A DNA stretch of 64,000 nucleotides, taken from assembly GCA_038851325.1 (NCBI GenBank), contig JAWCKZ010000003.1, positions 930 to 64,929 of the forward strand, in the 5' to 3' direction. Positions 29,221-39,800 of the stretch are shown in pieces. The position numbers and the translations under genes are program-made. The notes under the pieces were generated by a model, which searched no databases, had not been told where the DNA came from, and saw nothing but the letters and a program-made list of their open reading frames with translations. This stretch comes from Candidatus Bilamarchaeaceae archaeon. Its GTDB lineage: Archaea; Micrarchaeota; Micrarchaeia; Anstonellales; Bilamarchaeaceae. Each line of letters opens with the position of its first letter. Position 1 is the first letter of the stretch.

Positions 29221-30411
29221 TCAGTTTATTATTCCTAGCTCCTTCCCGACCTTCTCAATCTTTTCAATTGCAAAATCGATGTCCTCTCTCTTGAAATCAG
29301 CCCTCATCATAGTCCTTATCCTTGCCTTCCCCTTAGCAACCATTGGATAGACAATGGGTAGCGCATAAACACCTTCCTCAAAAAGCCGCTCGCTCATTCG
29401 CCTTGCCTTCCCCTCATCATAGGTCATTACTGGCGTGATCGGAGTAACGCTTTCGCCTATATCAAAATTCAGCTCTCTCAGCCTTTTTTTGTAATACTTT
29501 GTATTTCTCCAAAGCTTCTTTACCAGTTTATCGCTTTTTTCGAGTAGTTCAAGCGCAGCAATGGATGCAGCAACAACAGCAGGCGGATGGGATGCGGTCA
29601 GGAGCCATGTTCTCGATTTGTTCAGAAGATATTTCTTCATTATTTTTGTACAGGCGATAAAGCCACCCATTGTTCCAAAGCCCTTTGAGAAGGTTCCCAT
29701 GTCAACATCAACACGGCCCTCCAGCTTAAAGTGGCTCACGGTTCCTCGTCCACCCTCCCCCATCACTCCATCGCCGTGCGCATCATCGACATAGACGCAT
29801 GCGCCGTACTGTTCCGCAAGCGGGACGATCTTGTCGAGGGGCGCAACGTCTCCATCCATTGAGAACACACCATCTGTCACTATCAGTATCCGTTTTGGGT
29901 TTTTCGCCCTCGCTTCCTTCAGCTTTGTCTCAAGATCGCCAACATCACGATGTTTGTATATCATTCGCTCTGCTTTCGTAAGCCGCACGCCGTCTATTAT
30001 TGAACCGTGGTTCAGCTCATCCGAGATGACAACATCTCCCTCCCGAAGAAGAGCAGGAATTGCGCCGGAGTTCGCCGTAAATCCAGTGTTGTAGTACAAC
30101 GCATCCTCAGTGCGCTTGAATCGCGCAATCGTTTCCTCAAGTTTAAGATGCAGGTCCATAGTGCCAGCAATCGGGCGCACGCTTCCAGAACCTACACCGT
30201 ATTTTCTCACAGCAGCTATCGCAACTCTCTTAAGCACTGGATTGTTCGAAAGTCCAAGATAGTTATTCGAGCATAACATGAGCACCTCTTTCCCTGCGAC
30301 TGTTGCACGAGCCGAGGAAGGACCTTCAAGCGTTTTTGGATTCCATAAAAGATTCTGTGCCTCAAGGGCTTCCAATTCCGCCTTTAAATCGTTCTGAAGC
30401 TGTTCGTTCAT
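29221..30411 (-). CDS. kbl: Glycine C-acetyltransferase (2-amino-3-ketobutyrate CoA ligase)
   Basis: CSNNYLGL, SDELNHGSIIDG, TDGVFSMDGD, DDAHG, GTFSK, ARIR; near threonine dehydrogenase. Confidence 0.88.
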   Translation of the reverse strand: MNEQLQNDLKAELEALEAQNLLWNPKTLEGPSSARATVAGKEVLMLCSNNYLGLSNNPVLKRVAIAAVRKYGVGSGSVRPIAGTMDLHLKLEETIARFKRTEDALYYNTGFTANSGAIPALLREGDVVISDELNHGSIIDGVRLTKAERMIYKHRDVGDLETKLKEARAKNPKRILIVTDGVFSMDGDVAPLDKIVPLAEQYGACVYVDDAHGDGVMGEGGRGTVSHFKLEGRVDVDMGTFSKGFGTMGGFIACTKIMKKYLLNKSRTWLLTASHPPAVVAASIAALELLEKSDKLVKKLWRNTKYYKKRLRELNFDIGESVTPITPVMTYDEGKARRMSERLFEEGVYALPIVYPMVAKGKARIRTMMRADFKREDIDFAIEKIEKVGKELGIIN

Positions 30412-30506
30412 CAAAACACCTCTTTTTGCCGAGCCTGCATGGCGCAGGTATTATTTTAAACATTGCGAGCGCCGCTACGTTTAGAGCCGAAGTAAATAAT
30501 CAGATT

Positions 30507-31238
30507 TTATGCTTTCAGCTTGGTGGGAACAAGCCCACTGAGTTTCGCGGACAGTTCTACCTTCTTTGTACTTTCTTCGATCCACGGAGCCCAAGCTATA
30601 TAAATTTCCCCTTTTTTGGCGTCATAGCTTGCATAGAGAGGAAGTTTATCAGCTGGAATCGTTGCGTTCTCAAATTTGATTTTCTTTGTCTTCGGGACGT
30701 TCTCCGGTTTTATGCCAGATGGCGGTGTTATTCCTACTATTTCATTAAAATTTTTTACAAAAAGCTCTGCTATGCCCTCCCATCCCCCGCCTTTCTTAAG
30801 TTCCTCAGCCAAAAGCCGCCAGCCAGTACCCCTGTGCTCATCTGCCTTGGTTATCTCGGATGTCACACTACTGATTATTACATTTACTAACTTATCCACT
30901 GGTTCTTTTGGTTTGAATTGCTCCTTCACGTATCTTATAGCTTCTGGTGTGACAGATACCTTGGCAGTATGATCCCTTACGTCTATCTTGAAATAGGGAG
31001 GTGATTTGTCTATCAGTTGTTGCGCTTTTTTCATATCTCCAAGGTCTACTTTTTTCTGTATGTCCTCATGGAGTTTTTTTGCCTCATTCTGTAAATCTTC
31101 GATAGTCCTAGTTACTACTGTATTATACGCATTCGTTAGGATGTTCTTCAGCTTCTCAGGTTCAATATTGGCTAAATTACTTATGGGGATTTTTTTGGCC
31201 TCTTCCTTCTCAGCCGCTAATTCCGCTGGGCATACCAT
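30507..31238 (-). CDS. Hypothetical protein
   Basis: Long ORF; GGTGA RBS before MVCPAE. Confidence 0.6.
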   Translation of the reverse strand: MVCPAELAAEKEEAKKIPISNLANIEPEKLKNILTNAYNTVVTRTIEDLQNEAKKLHEDIQKKVDLGDMKKAQQLIDKSPPYFKIDVRDHTAKVSVTPEAIRYVKEQFKPKEPVDKLVNVIISSVTSEITKADEHRGTGWRLLAEELKKGGGWEGIAELFVKNFNEIVGITPPSGIKPENVPKTKKIKFENATIPADKLPLYASYDAKKGEIYIAWAPWIEESTKKVELSAKLSGLVPTKLKA

Positions 31239-31242
31239 ACTT

Positions 31243-32295
31243 TCACCCTTTCTTATCATCCTTTTTTTCTTTATAAGCATTTTTCTCTTCGATAACAGCC
31301 GTCTCTGTATTACCCTCTTCTGCTACCTTTATGCTGAATGCCTTTTTTCCTATCCTCACTTCCAGAAAACCATCCTTCTCTTCCATTGAAACGTCGCCGG
31401 TCACCAGTTTATCCGATTTGTACCTTTTTGTTTTCCATTTACCTTCGGTTGTCTCGACGAGTATAATGTTCTCCTTTCCTTCCTTAGCAAGCACCACAAG
31501 CCCTTTATACTGTGTTATTGCTGCCTTCATTTTTGGCTTAACCGGTTCTTCTGCAATGGCGATACAAGTAGCGGCCGTGGGTGGTTCAAGCGGTAGCTCA
31601 AACAACTCGCCCTTCATCGTGAAGAGATAGAGTTTATCGTTTGATATTACTCTATATACCAGTCCGATGTCAGCAACTAATTTTATCACATTGAAAACCA
31701 CGTGTTTAAGGAGGATGCCCCGCTCGCTTACTTGTGTAAAGCCGAGACCATATAAATTCACTGGTTGAAAAGACCCACCAAAAACCCCCAGCATGTCATG
31801 TCCGGCGAATACCCTGTAGCCACCTAGCGTTATGAGTACTTCGGTTGGGGTGAGCAAATAGGTACGATAATCGCCGCAGAATATCGTGTCTGGCGAACCA
31901 ACGCGTTCTGGGGTGTCCAATTTTATTGTGGCTTCGACCTGGTCGTAGATTTCTTCTGTGCTTTTATATGTTAGGCTCCAGTCACTCTCGTTGAATATAC
32001 ATTCGCCAGCGCTCCACCTGCCTCTCAGAATGTTTTTTGACGCCTTTGAAGCATTCTCCAGTTTAACCTTCCTCTCTTCTTTCTTGTTTTTCCCCTTCTC
32101 CTCATTTTTCTTAATAATCTTAGAAGCAACTGGTTTTTCAGCAGTCTTCTTTGTTGCTAGTCCGTCATGAGAAAAAACAGAAAGCGAGAGAAGCGGCAGG
32201 AGTGCCGCCCAACATACCCTATTTGTTACCCTCTTAATCCCTTCTTTAAAATGCGCAAGACATCTGTGCCGTCTCGGTAAAATGCGGTTATTCAT
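31243..32295 (-). CDS. Hypothetical exported beta-rich protein
   Basis: Basic extended n-region, hydrophobic h-region (WAALLPLLSLSVFS), Lys-rich linker. Confidence 0.6.
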   Translation of the reverse strand: MNNRILPRRHRCLAHFKEGIKRVTNRVCWAALLPLLSLSVFSHDGLATKKTAEKPVASKIIKKNEEKGKNKKEERKVKLENASKASKNILRGRWSAGECIFNESDWSLTYKSTEEIYDQVEATIKLDTPERVGSPDTIFCGDYRTYLLTPTEVLITLGGYRVFAGHDMLGVFGGSFQPVNLYGLGFTQVSERGILLKHVVFNVIKLVADIGLVYRVISNDKLYLFTMKGELFELPLEPPTAATCIAIAEEPVKPKMKAAITQYKGLVVLAKEGKENIILVETTEGKWKTKRYKSDKLVTGDVSMEEKDGFLEVRIGKKAFSIKVAEEGNTETAVIEEKNAYKEKKDDKKG

Positions 32296-32333
32296 GCAAT
32301 AACTTAATCTGCAACATTTTAAAATACTTTCCA

Positions 32334-32603
32334 CTACTTTTTCCTCCTTTTCTTTTCCTCCTTTTTCTTTCCTTTCTTAGCCGGCTTTACCTTCTTTTTC
32401 TCTTGTATCCTATCTATGACTTCCGTAACCTCTGCAAGTTCAACTGCCATCAACTCCAATGTCGGAACCACTTTTTCGAGTGATATAAGAAGTCTATCAA
32501 GCCAGCTTGCTACCATTTTTACATCTGCATTTTCTCCAGTTGCGTATATCTCCTGCTTGATTGCCCGTACCTCGTCCAAAAACTCTTGCAGCGTCTCAAC
32601 CAT
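32334..32603 (-). CDS. Hypothetical helical protein with Lys-rich tail
   Basis: 89-aa ORF with GGTGG RBS. Confidence 0.6.
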   Translation of the reverse strand: MVETLQEFLDEVRAIKQEIYATGENADVKMVASWLDRLLISLEKVVPTLELMAVELAEVTEVIDRIQEKKKVKPAKKGKKKEEKKRRKK

Positions 32604-32660
32604 CGTACCACCACTCTATTTTCCTATTTGATTTTTAAATCTGTTCTCTCTACTCTTATC

Positions 32661-33440
32661 ATGAAAATACGGTTTCCAGCTGTTGCAGGTAGCTTTTATC
32701 CTGAAGATCCTGAGGAGATAAAGAAAATGGTTTTTGAGTTTCTTGAAAAGGTAAAGCCGAGAAGAGTAGATAATCTAAGAGCAATCATCTGCCCGCACGC
32801 TGGTTATATCTATTCAGGTCCTGTTGCTGCCTACGCATATAAACTTCTTGAAAACAGTAAATTCAAAAAAATAATAGCGATTGGCCCTTCTCATTATGGA
32901 ATGTTCCTTGGCGCTGTCGAGGACGATTCAGACACGTGGCAGACGCCGCTTGGTATCGTAAAAACAGGCAGGATTTCTCAATTTGCGAAACGTGGTGTGA
33001 TTAGCTGTTATCCAGAAGCCCATGCGCCGGAGCATTGCCTTGAGGTTCAGCTTCCTTTCCTTCAACTTACACTTAAGAGCGATTTTGTGTTTTATCCGCT
33101 GCTGACAGGCGAAGTCTCACCTGCAATTCTCGCGGACGCCATAGAACCTGCACTGGACAAAGAAAGCCTTTTGTTAATAAGCTCTGACCTCTCCCATTAC
33201 CATCCCTATGCAGACGCAGTCAGGATAGACAGGATAGCGAATGAGTGTATCCCTGCACTCAACTTCAAAAAGGCAGAGCTTATGGAGGCGTGCGGGAAGA
33301 CTGCAATAATAACAGCAATGCACATAGCAAAGGCAAAGGGCTGGGAGGGCGTGCTGCTTGACTACAGAAATTCAGGTGATACTGCAGGGCCGAAGGATGG
33401 TGTTGTGGGGTACGGCGCATACGCATTTTACGAGGGATGA
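32661..33440 (+). CDS. amrB: MEMO1-family protein (AmmeMemoRadiSam protein B)
   Basis: PAVAGSFYP, PHAGYIYSG, GPSH, EHCLEVQLPFLQ, SSDLSHY, CG, SGD, VVGY. Confidence 0.93.
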   Translation: MKIRFPAVAGSFYPEDPEEIKKMVFEFLEKVKPRRVDNLRAIICPHAGYIYSGPVAAYAYKLLENSKFKKIIAIGPSHYGMFLGAVEDDSDTWQTPLGIVKTGRISQFAKRGVISCYPEAHAPEHCLEVQLPFLQLTLKSDFVFYPLLTGEVSPAILADAIEPALDKESLLLISSDLSHYHPYADAVRIDRIANECIPALNFKKAELMEACGKTAIITAMHIAKAKGWEGVLLDYRNSGDTAGPKDGVVGYGAYAFYEG

Positions 33441-33441
33441 G

Positions 33442-34005
33442 ATGCTTTCAGAAAAGGAAAAAAGCTTTCTGCTTTCGCTCGCCAGACGAGCCATCGAGCA
33501 TTATTTTGCCACTGGTAAAAAGCTTGAGCTTGACCCTTCAGAGATTCCAAGCGAAAATCTCATCAAGAATGGTGCATGTTTTGTCACGCTTAGAGTAGGG
33601 AAGAGGTTGCGAGGATGTATAGGGAGTCTAGAGGCCCATCGCCCCCTTTTCCAGGACGTTATCGATAATGCACTTTCATCAGCATTCGGTGATCCACGCT
33701 TCTACCCCCTCACGCCCCAGGAATTGAAGCAGGTCAAGATAAGCATCTCCTATCTCACCCAGCCCGTGGATTTTCCAGTAAGCGGACCCGCTGACCTCCT
33801 AAAAAAGCTTGTGCCACATAGGCATGGTCTCATTATTCAGCAAGGATACGCGAGAGCGACATTCCTTCCTGCTGTCTGGGAAGAGATACCTGATAAGGTA
33901 GCATTTCTTGAGCATCTCAGCATGAAGGCAGGGCTCGGGCCTGATGGCTGGAAAGACCCGCGAACGAAATTCTTTGTCTACGAGGCAGAAGAATTTTCAG
34001 AATAG
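33442..34005 (+). CDS. amrA: AMMECR1-family protein (AmmeMemoRadiSam protein A)
   Basis: ACFVTL, LRGCIG, DPRF, ATFLPAVW, KAGL. Confidence 0.93.
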   Translation: MLSEKEKSFLLSLARRAIEHYFATGKKLELDPSEIPSENLIKNGACFVTLRVGKRLRGCIGSLEAHRPLFQDVIDNALSSAFGDPRFYPLTPQELKQVKISISYLTQPVDFPVSGPADLLKKLVPHRHGLIIQQGYARATFLPAVWEEIPDKVAFLEHLSMKAGLGPDGWKDPRTKFFVYEAEEFSE

Positions 34006-34706
34006 GTTTTTATTAGTTGTAGCACTTCCCTTGGGCTTAGTTCCCTTGGTCTTCGCTTTGCCCACTTTAAATCCGCGTTCTGTAGGATATTTCGTATCTT
34101 TTTATTCTTATGCTGAAAGAGCTTTCTGATTAAGTTCTCTTCATATTCCATCAATTTCACACCAGTTGGCTTTAGGACAATCAGTGCCGAATCAACCTTC
34201 GGCTTTGGGATAAAAAGATGCGCCGGCACGCGTAGCACAATTTCAACGTCAAAAAATATCTGCGACGTCACGCTCAGGCGCCCGTAATTGCTGCTGCCCG
34301 GCTTTGCAACCATCTTTTCAGCAAACTCCTTTTGCACCATCAACACTGCGCGCTCTATTTTTTCATCCTTGAGTCTGAAGATGATATCTGATGAAATGTA
34401 ATATGGTATGTTTCCGATTACCACAGTTACGTCGTTCGGCACTTGCATCCCCAGAAAGTCAGTTTCAATTATGACCGCCCGCCGGTCGCTCCTGAATTTT
34501 TCCCTTAGGATTTCTGCGAACTGCCGGTCTTTCTCGACAGCATAAACCTTCGCTGCTCCGGCTTCAAGCAGCTGCTCTGTTAGCCTTCCATCTCCTGCAC
34601 CTATCTCAAGAACAACCCTGCCCCTGACGCCTGCAATTTCTGCCTCTTTTTTCAGGATGTTTTTATCGCTTAGTAGGTGCTGGCCTAGTCTTTTTTTCAA
34701 CCTCAT
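33978..34706 (-). CDS. rsmA: 16S rRNA adenine dimethyltransferase
   Basis: LGQHLL, LEIGAGDG, GNIPYYISS, QKEFA, YGRLSV, PKPKVDS. Confidence 0.93.
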   Translation of the reverse strand: MRLKKRLGQHLLSDKNILKKEAEIAGVRGRVVLEIGAGDGRLTEQLLEAGAAKVYAVEKDRQFAEILREKFRSDRRAVIIETDFLGMQVPNDVTVVIGNIPYYISSDIIFRLKDEKIERAVLMVQKEFAEKMVAKPGSSNYGRLSVTSQIFFDVEIVLRVPAHLFIPKPKVDSALIVLKPTGVKLMEYEENLIRKLFQHKNKKIRNILQNADLKWAKRRPRELSPREVLQLIKTYSENSSAS

Positions 34707-35611
34707 TTCCCCCTTACCTTTCTCCAGTATGTATATTTCATGGGGAGGGTTACTGTCGTCGCGATGGCTACGATGACGGTAAGAGCAGCAAGCACGATTA
34801 GGACTGCGACACCAATAATCGCCCACTCTGCTACCGAAAGCGCACCGGTACTTATGCCCGGGAGCATCAGGACAAAGACCGGCGCTGCAAACATCAGGAG
34901 TATGATCAATGGCACGGCGAGAACCATCAAAATGAAACCTTCAAGCAAGCCGACAAAAATATCAAACACTATGGTCGGCACGAAATTCTTCAGCGCGATG
35001 TCTATGGATTTTTTCAGGCTTTCAAGCACGCCCATCCGCGTAATTATAAGCTCAAAGAGCACGAATTGGAAAAGAAATCCTATGATTAGCTTTATTGTTA
35101 AGTCGATTAGGTAACGGAGCAGTGCGTTCAGCAGGTCTATCATACCAGATGCGGTGGACCAGTCCATAATGGTATAAAGCACCATCCCCATGCCGAGTCC
35201 GATTACAAACACAATTACCAATTCGATTATAATAACAATGATGCCTATCGCAGTCATCGCAAGCGAGTAGAATAAAACCGGCTTCAGGTTTTTGTTGAAA
35301 GTTTCATTTATGCCAATCGGTGCAGGCCATTTGTTTACGACGTTATATACAATAGACTGCACAGTAGTCGCTGCAACCGATACTAAGAAGGTGAGGGGAA
35401 TCGCGGCGAGCAGCGCCACCAAAACTCCTAGCGGGCCAAGCAGCTCGTAGATGCCCAACCCAAGAAGCGCAGTAATGAGAATACCTGCTATTAACACCAC
35501 GGCGGCGAGCAGGTGAATCGTCAATATCTTCTTGAATAATCCTATGAAATTCTTCTCTGCGAACTGCCATCCTTCCTTTATACTATCGAATACAACATCA
35601 ATACCTGTCAT
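34703..35611 (-). CDS. Multi-pass membrane protein
   Basis: About six hydrophobic helices; SLKKS motif. Confidence 0.75.
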   Translation of the reverse strand: MTGIDVVFDSIKEGWQFAEKNFIGLFKKILTIHLLAAVVLIAGILITALLGLGIYELLGPLGVLVALLAAIPLTFLVSVAATTVQSIVYNVVNKWPAPIGINETFNKNLKPVLFYSLAMTAIGIIVIIIELVIVFVIGLGMGMVLYTIMDWSTASGMIDLLNALLRYLIDLTIKLIIGFLFQFVLFELIITRMGVLESLKKSIDIALKNFVPTIVFDIFVGLLEGFILMVLAVPLIILLMFAAPVFVLMLPGISTGALSVAEWAIIGVAVLIVLAALTVIVAIATTVTLPMKYTYWRKVRGK

Positions 35612-35739
35612 GTGTTTTTTTAGTTTCGCATCTTTTAAATTCCTTTGGCCGCTCGCATTGTTGCGTTATGGCATTGCAGATCAGAATGGCCAAATTCTTT
35701 AAATATCTTACGTGACAAATTCTTTTTCAAAGTGATAAA

Positions 35740-36045
35740 ATGGCAAAGATGAGGATTAAGCTGAGCGGCGAGGACCCGACCGCGCTTGAGGGCGTTGTCT
35801 CTCAGATAAGGGAGCTTGCAAAGACCCTCGGCCTGAACTTCATAGGACCTGTGCGACTTCCTAGAAGGCGGTTTACCGTCACAGTCAGACGAACTCCATG
35901 CGGCGATGGGAGCGATACATACGAGCATTGGGAGAAGCGCTTCCACAAGCGCCTTATAGAAGTGGAAGGTAGCGATAAATACATGAAGCAACTATTAAAG
36001 GTAAAGGTTCCTACGAATGTTTTTGTTAAAATCTCATTGAGTTAA
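35740..36045 (+). CDS. rps10: 30S ribosomal protein uS10
   Basis: RIKLSG, GPVRLP, RRTPCGDGSDTYEHWEKRFHKRLI. Confidence 0.97.
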   Translation: MAKMRIKLSGEDPTALEGVVSQIRELAKTLGLNFIGPVRLPRRRFTVTVRRTPCGDGSDTYEHWEKRFHKRLIEVEGSDKYMKQLLKVKVPTNVFVKISLS

Positions 36046-36055
36046 TGGTACCCAA

Positions 36056-36535
36056 ATGGTTCGACTGCTTTTTGACGAGATGGTCAAAAAAACCGCCAAA
36101 TGGGCGAGACTTTTCGGAGTAGACAGCGAATGTGCAAAAGGAAACGATACCGAAATACTCAGGCACGCTAGGACGAACAAGCGGATTCTTGTGACTCGAG
36201 ACAACAACCTTGCTGCACGCGCGCCCAAATACAAGGTAAAGGCCGTTTTGTTAACCTCCTTGGCCATACCAGAGCAGCTTTTCTCTATAGAGAAGGCGCT
36301 TCGTAAACAAGTTTTTAGGTTTCCTGAAGCTACGCGTTGTCCGGCTTGCAATGGTATTCTTACAATTGTGAGTAGAAAGGAGGTCGTTGGCAAGGTGCCT
36401 GATGGTGTGTACTCAAAACAAGAACGATTTTGGGTATGTAAAAAATGCGGGAAGATTTACTGGGAGGGAGGCCACTGGAAAAACATAACAAGGGTCTACA
36501 ATGAGTTGAAAAGAAAAAGAGAGTTAGCTACTTGA
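36056..36535 (+). CDS. Mut7-C RNase-domain protein
   Basis: LLFDEM, WARLFGVD, RILVTRD, RCPACNG, CKKCGKIYWEGGH. Confidence 0.9.
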   Translation: MVRLLFDEMVKKTAKWARLFGVDSECAKGNDTEILRHARTNKRILVTRDNNLAARAPKYKVKAVLLTSLAIPEQLFSIEKALRKQVFRFPEATRCPACNGILTIVSRKEVVGKVPDGVYSKQERFWVCKKCGKIYWEGGHWKNITRVYNELKRKRELAT

Positions 36536-36776
36536 GTAGGCCACTCGCTGTCTCCATTATAAGAGAAGATGCTCCGGCTATAGCAGCAACGATAACGCCA
36601 CCTACCATCATGCTGACGCCTATGCTTTGCCATTTTCCTCTTGAGTCAGCCGGTTGTGTAAAGGATAAACCGTACAGTATCCCACCCAATACAAGAAGTA
36701 TGAGTCCTATAACGGGCGCTATTGTAAGTAAAAATGCTGCTATGTTGGATGCAACAACTTCGAGTCCAATCGCCAT
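36528..36776 (-). CDS. TrbC/VirB2-like pilin (two-helix membrane protein)
   Basis: 82 aa, two hydrophobic helices joined by SRGKWQ; GGI.Y and GGVIV patterns. Confidence 0.55.
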   Translation of the reverse strand: MAIGLEVVASNIAAFLLTIAPVIGLILLVLGGILYGLSFTQPADSRGKWQSIGVSMMVGGVIVAAIAGASSLIMETASGLLK

Positions 36777-36800
36777 ATTATCATTCTCCTTCGCGTCTAT

Positions 36801-39800
36801 TTAAAAACCTTTTTGCTCTGCCTTTGGCAGCGGTCTAAACTCCTTTTTCTTCTTAGTCAAGAAAGGCAGGGTTATCTCGCCTGTCCCTTCATCGAATCCA
36901 CTACCCTTTCTTTTCATGTAATAAACGCCTACGGCAGCTCCTACTGCTGCGAGCGCTATTATCGCAAGCAATGGATTTATGCTCTCAGGCTTGAAGGAGG
37001 CGAGTTGCGATATCAGAGCTTTCCCTTTTTTCATTGCTTGTATGTACTTTCCGTCAGTGATGTACTTTAGCATCGCACTGAGTTCGTTTTCCAATGTTGT
37101 TCTCGCATCGCCGGGCATACTATTCTTTTTTTCTTCGTAGGCTCCCCTCACAATAAGGAACTGATTCTCTGCCTCTTCCTTCAACTCTCCCAAAGCCTCC
37201 CTTATTTTATTTCCTTTTCCTTTGAGTTGCTCAAGCTTCATTTTTGCCATCTTTAGATTTTTATCATCGAAATATCTTTGTACATCCTCAATTAGCCTTT
37301 CGGTTTTAGCCAGGTCAAGTTCAAAGAGCGATTCCCACTCTGTTCCTTTTGCTTCATTCATCTGCTCCTTGTAGCTTTCTGCAAGTTTTTCGATCCCTTC
37401 TTTTACGCTTAGAAACTCTGAAGTAGCCGTCTCAAGTTCTGCTGCCATTTCTCTCTCCTTCTGGTCTACGAACGCTTCTGCTGCACCCAACGCTTCTGAG
37501 AGTTCAATGGCTGTTTTCGGGTCATTGTTGAACTCGAGTGCGCTCAATTTATTTTCAACATCAATAAACTCCTGAGGAGTTGTGGTTGTCCCTATGTTCG
37601 CGAGCCTTGTTTTCAGTGCGTTATATTCCTTCCATGCATTCGTTACGTACTCTCCCACTATCTCATTCGTTCCTTTGCTCTCAGCGGTTTTTAAAACACC
37701 CAATTCGTCAATTATACTGTCCGCGCTCTCTGCAGCCCTAAGACTGTTTTGGAGAGCAGCTCTTCTTTGCTGCAGTGCAAATACAAGGGTATTGTTTCTT
37801 TTGACAGTTGCAAGTATCGCATCAAGCTCTCCGGCTTCGGCTTGCATTTTTGCCTTGAGTTCTACGAGTTCGTTATAAGCTGTCTCCTGCTCACGATTCC
37901 ACTCAGAAATTTCAGCATCAAACCTTTCTTTAAGCCTTATTGCCGTGGCAGTGTCGTTTGCTGCTATTGCGGCATTTATCTGAGAAGGTAGAGCGCGCAG
38001 TTCATCTGGCAATGCCCCGCATTTTTTCCCGCTGCCGAGACAGTTATCAGTAGACGGCAGCGACGGAGCTATTGTTTGGATGGCCTCTGGCGCATTTACA
38101 ACTACAAAGTCTATGAGCACAATAGCCTCTTCATCAGCCTTTAAGTTTGCAAGCTCCAGCATGCACGGCGGAGATGCGCACTGGTTGTTCTTTATAGTCG
38201 CGCTCCTTGCTGAAACCGAAAGGCCTGTTATTTCAGGATAATCTATCTGCACCGTAAGCGGTAAGGAATCAATATTGACTTTTGGGGTTATCTTGATTTT
38301 CTTTTCAACTTGGACATTTGTTCCAAGCTTTGTCGTCTCAACCTCCTCCCTTTTCTTATAACCGTCTTTTATCGTGTACTCCATTCTGACGGTATGTCTG
38401 CCTTTCTCAAGGGCAAGCGGTGCTCTACCATCAACGGTCGCGGAAGAACCAGGCGGGAGGGCAAGCCTTCCAGGAGCATAGAGCTCAATTATCCTTTCTT
38501 CAGTTACGATCACGCTTCCATCCTCCCTTCCAACTCCATTCTTTTGATCACTAACGGTTTTTGCAAGAACAGCATTTTTCTCTATGGTAAGAGAAAAGGT
38601 CCTGAGAGGTTTTATCTCTTTTATCGTGAATATAGTCGTTCCGTTTTCCGTCCTGACAGCGTTGACGTTATCTCGTCCGTTTTTTATATCAGACAGTAAC
38701 AGTTGTACGTCTATTCCTATGTCAATAGGGACGTCAATATCAGTGCCGCTTTTCTGACCAGTGTTTGTTATTATGAGGATGATGTCTACATGAGAGGGTG
38801 CGTCAATTTTTATGTCTTCGCTAACCCGGCTGCTCTTTGTTATTAACAGATTTGAGAGGAGAATTCTGTGTGCGCACACAGAAACCTCCTCAGCTATTCT
38901 TTCGTATTCTGCGCGTATCGCTTTGAGTCGCCCTATTGCGTTTATGTAGTCTATTCCGCTGTTTGTTATAAGGCCCCTATCTGCGTTGTTTAGGTCTCCA
39001 GCAAGATCAGCACCACAGTTTCCTGATTCTGTTATATTCGTAAGAAGTTCCTTTCTAATATCGATTAGGTCCCCATACTTTAAATTCGCCTTTCTGATTA
39101 TCGATTCTATGGCTCTTCTTAAGGTTGTTTTATCGTATTCCTCGTTTGTTTTCATATTGTTTAATATAGCCTTTTCACTCTCAACATTAATCTCATCGAT
39201 TTCAGCCCTGTTGATGAGATCTTCGAGTTGCTCTGCAAGCGGAAGTGTCTCATTCTCGAGAACGTTTCCATAGCTAAGTGCTGTACGTGCATACTCGGCA
39301 GCAGCAATATACCTGCTGTATTTTTCACCAAGTGCAGTAGCAGAATTTCCAGAGTTTAATTCCTGTAGCGCTCTTTGATAATAGTTTCCAACCTTTTGGT
39401 TTTGCGTTCTTTGGTAGAGCGCAGCTGCTTGTTGTACGAGCGCCTCAGCCTCTTGTCTTCTTTCCTGCACTATCCGCCCTGCGTCAGAAATGATAGCGTT
39501 TCCCTCGCTCTCCATTCCAGAATAAATGCCTATTGCTTCTTTAACCCTGTTTGTTGCATTCTTTATGTACCCTTGGTTTCTGGCATTGTAAGTTGTGGCT
39601 GCATTTGCAAGGAGCGAATCTGCCTCGCTCTTCTTTGCGCTGAAGTCAGAATATCTTTGTGCAATTGTCCCTATTGCTGTTTCATTTAGGCCGCGCGACC
39701 CCAAGGCCTCTGTTATCCTGTTCAATTGGTGGTTATCAAGTTCTGTTTTCTTTGCGCCAACGCGCGCAGAGTAGTTCTCGGCTTGGCTTTTATAATTTGA

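Noticed and set aside
30434-30448. CCTGC-N5-GCAGG inverted repeat in the kbl promoter
   Set aside because: Only 5-bp arms and no second copy seen
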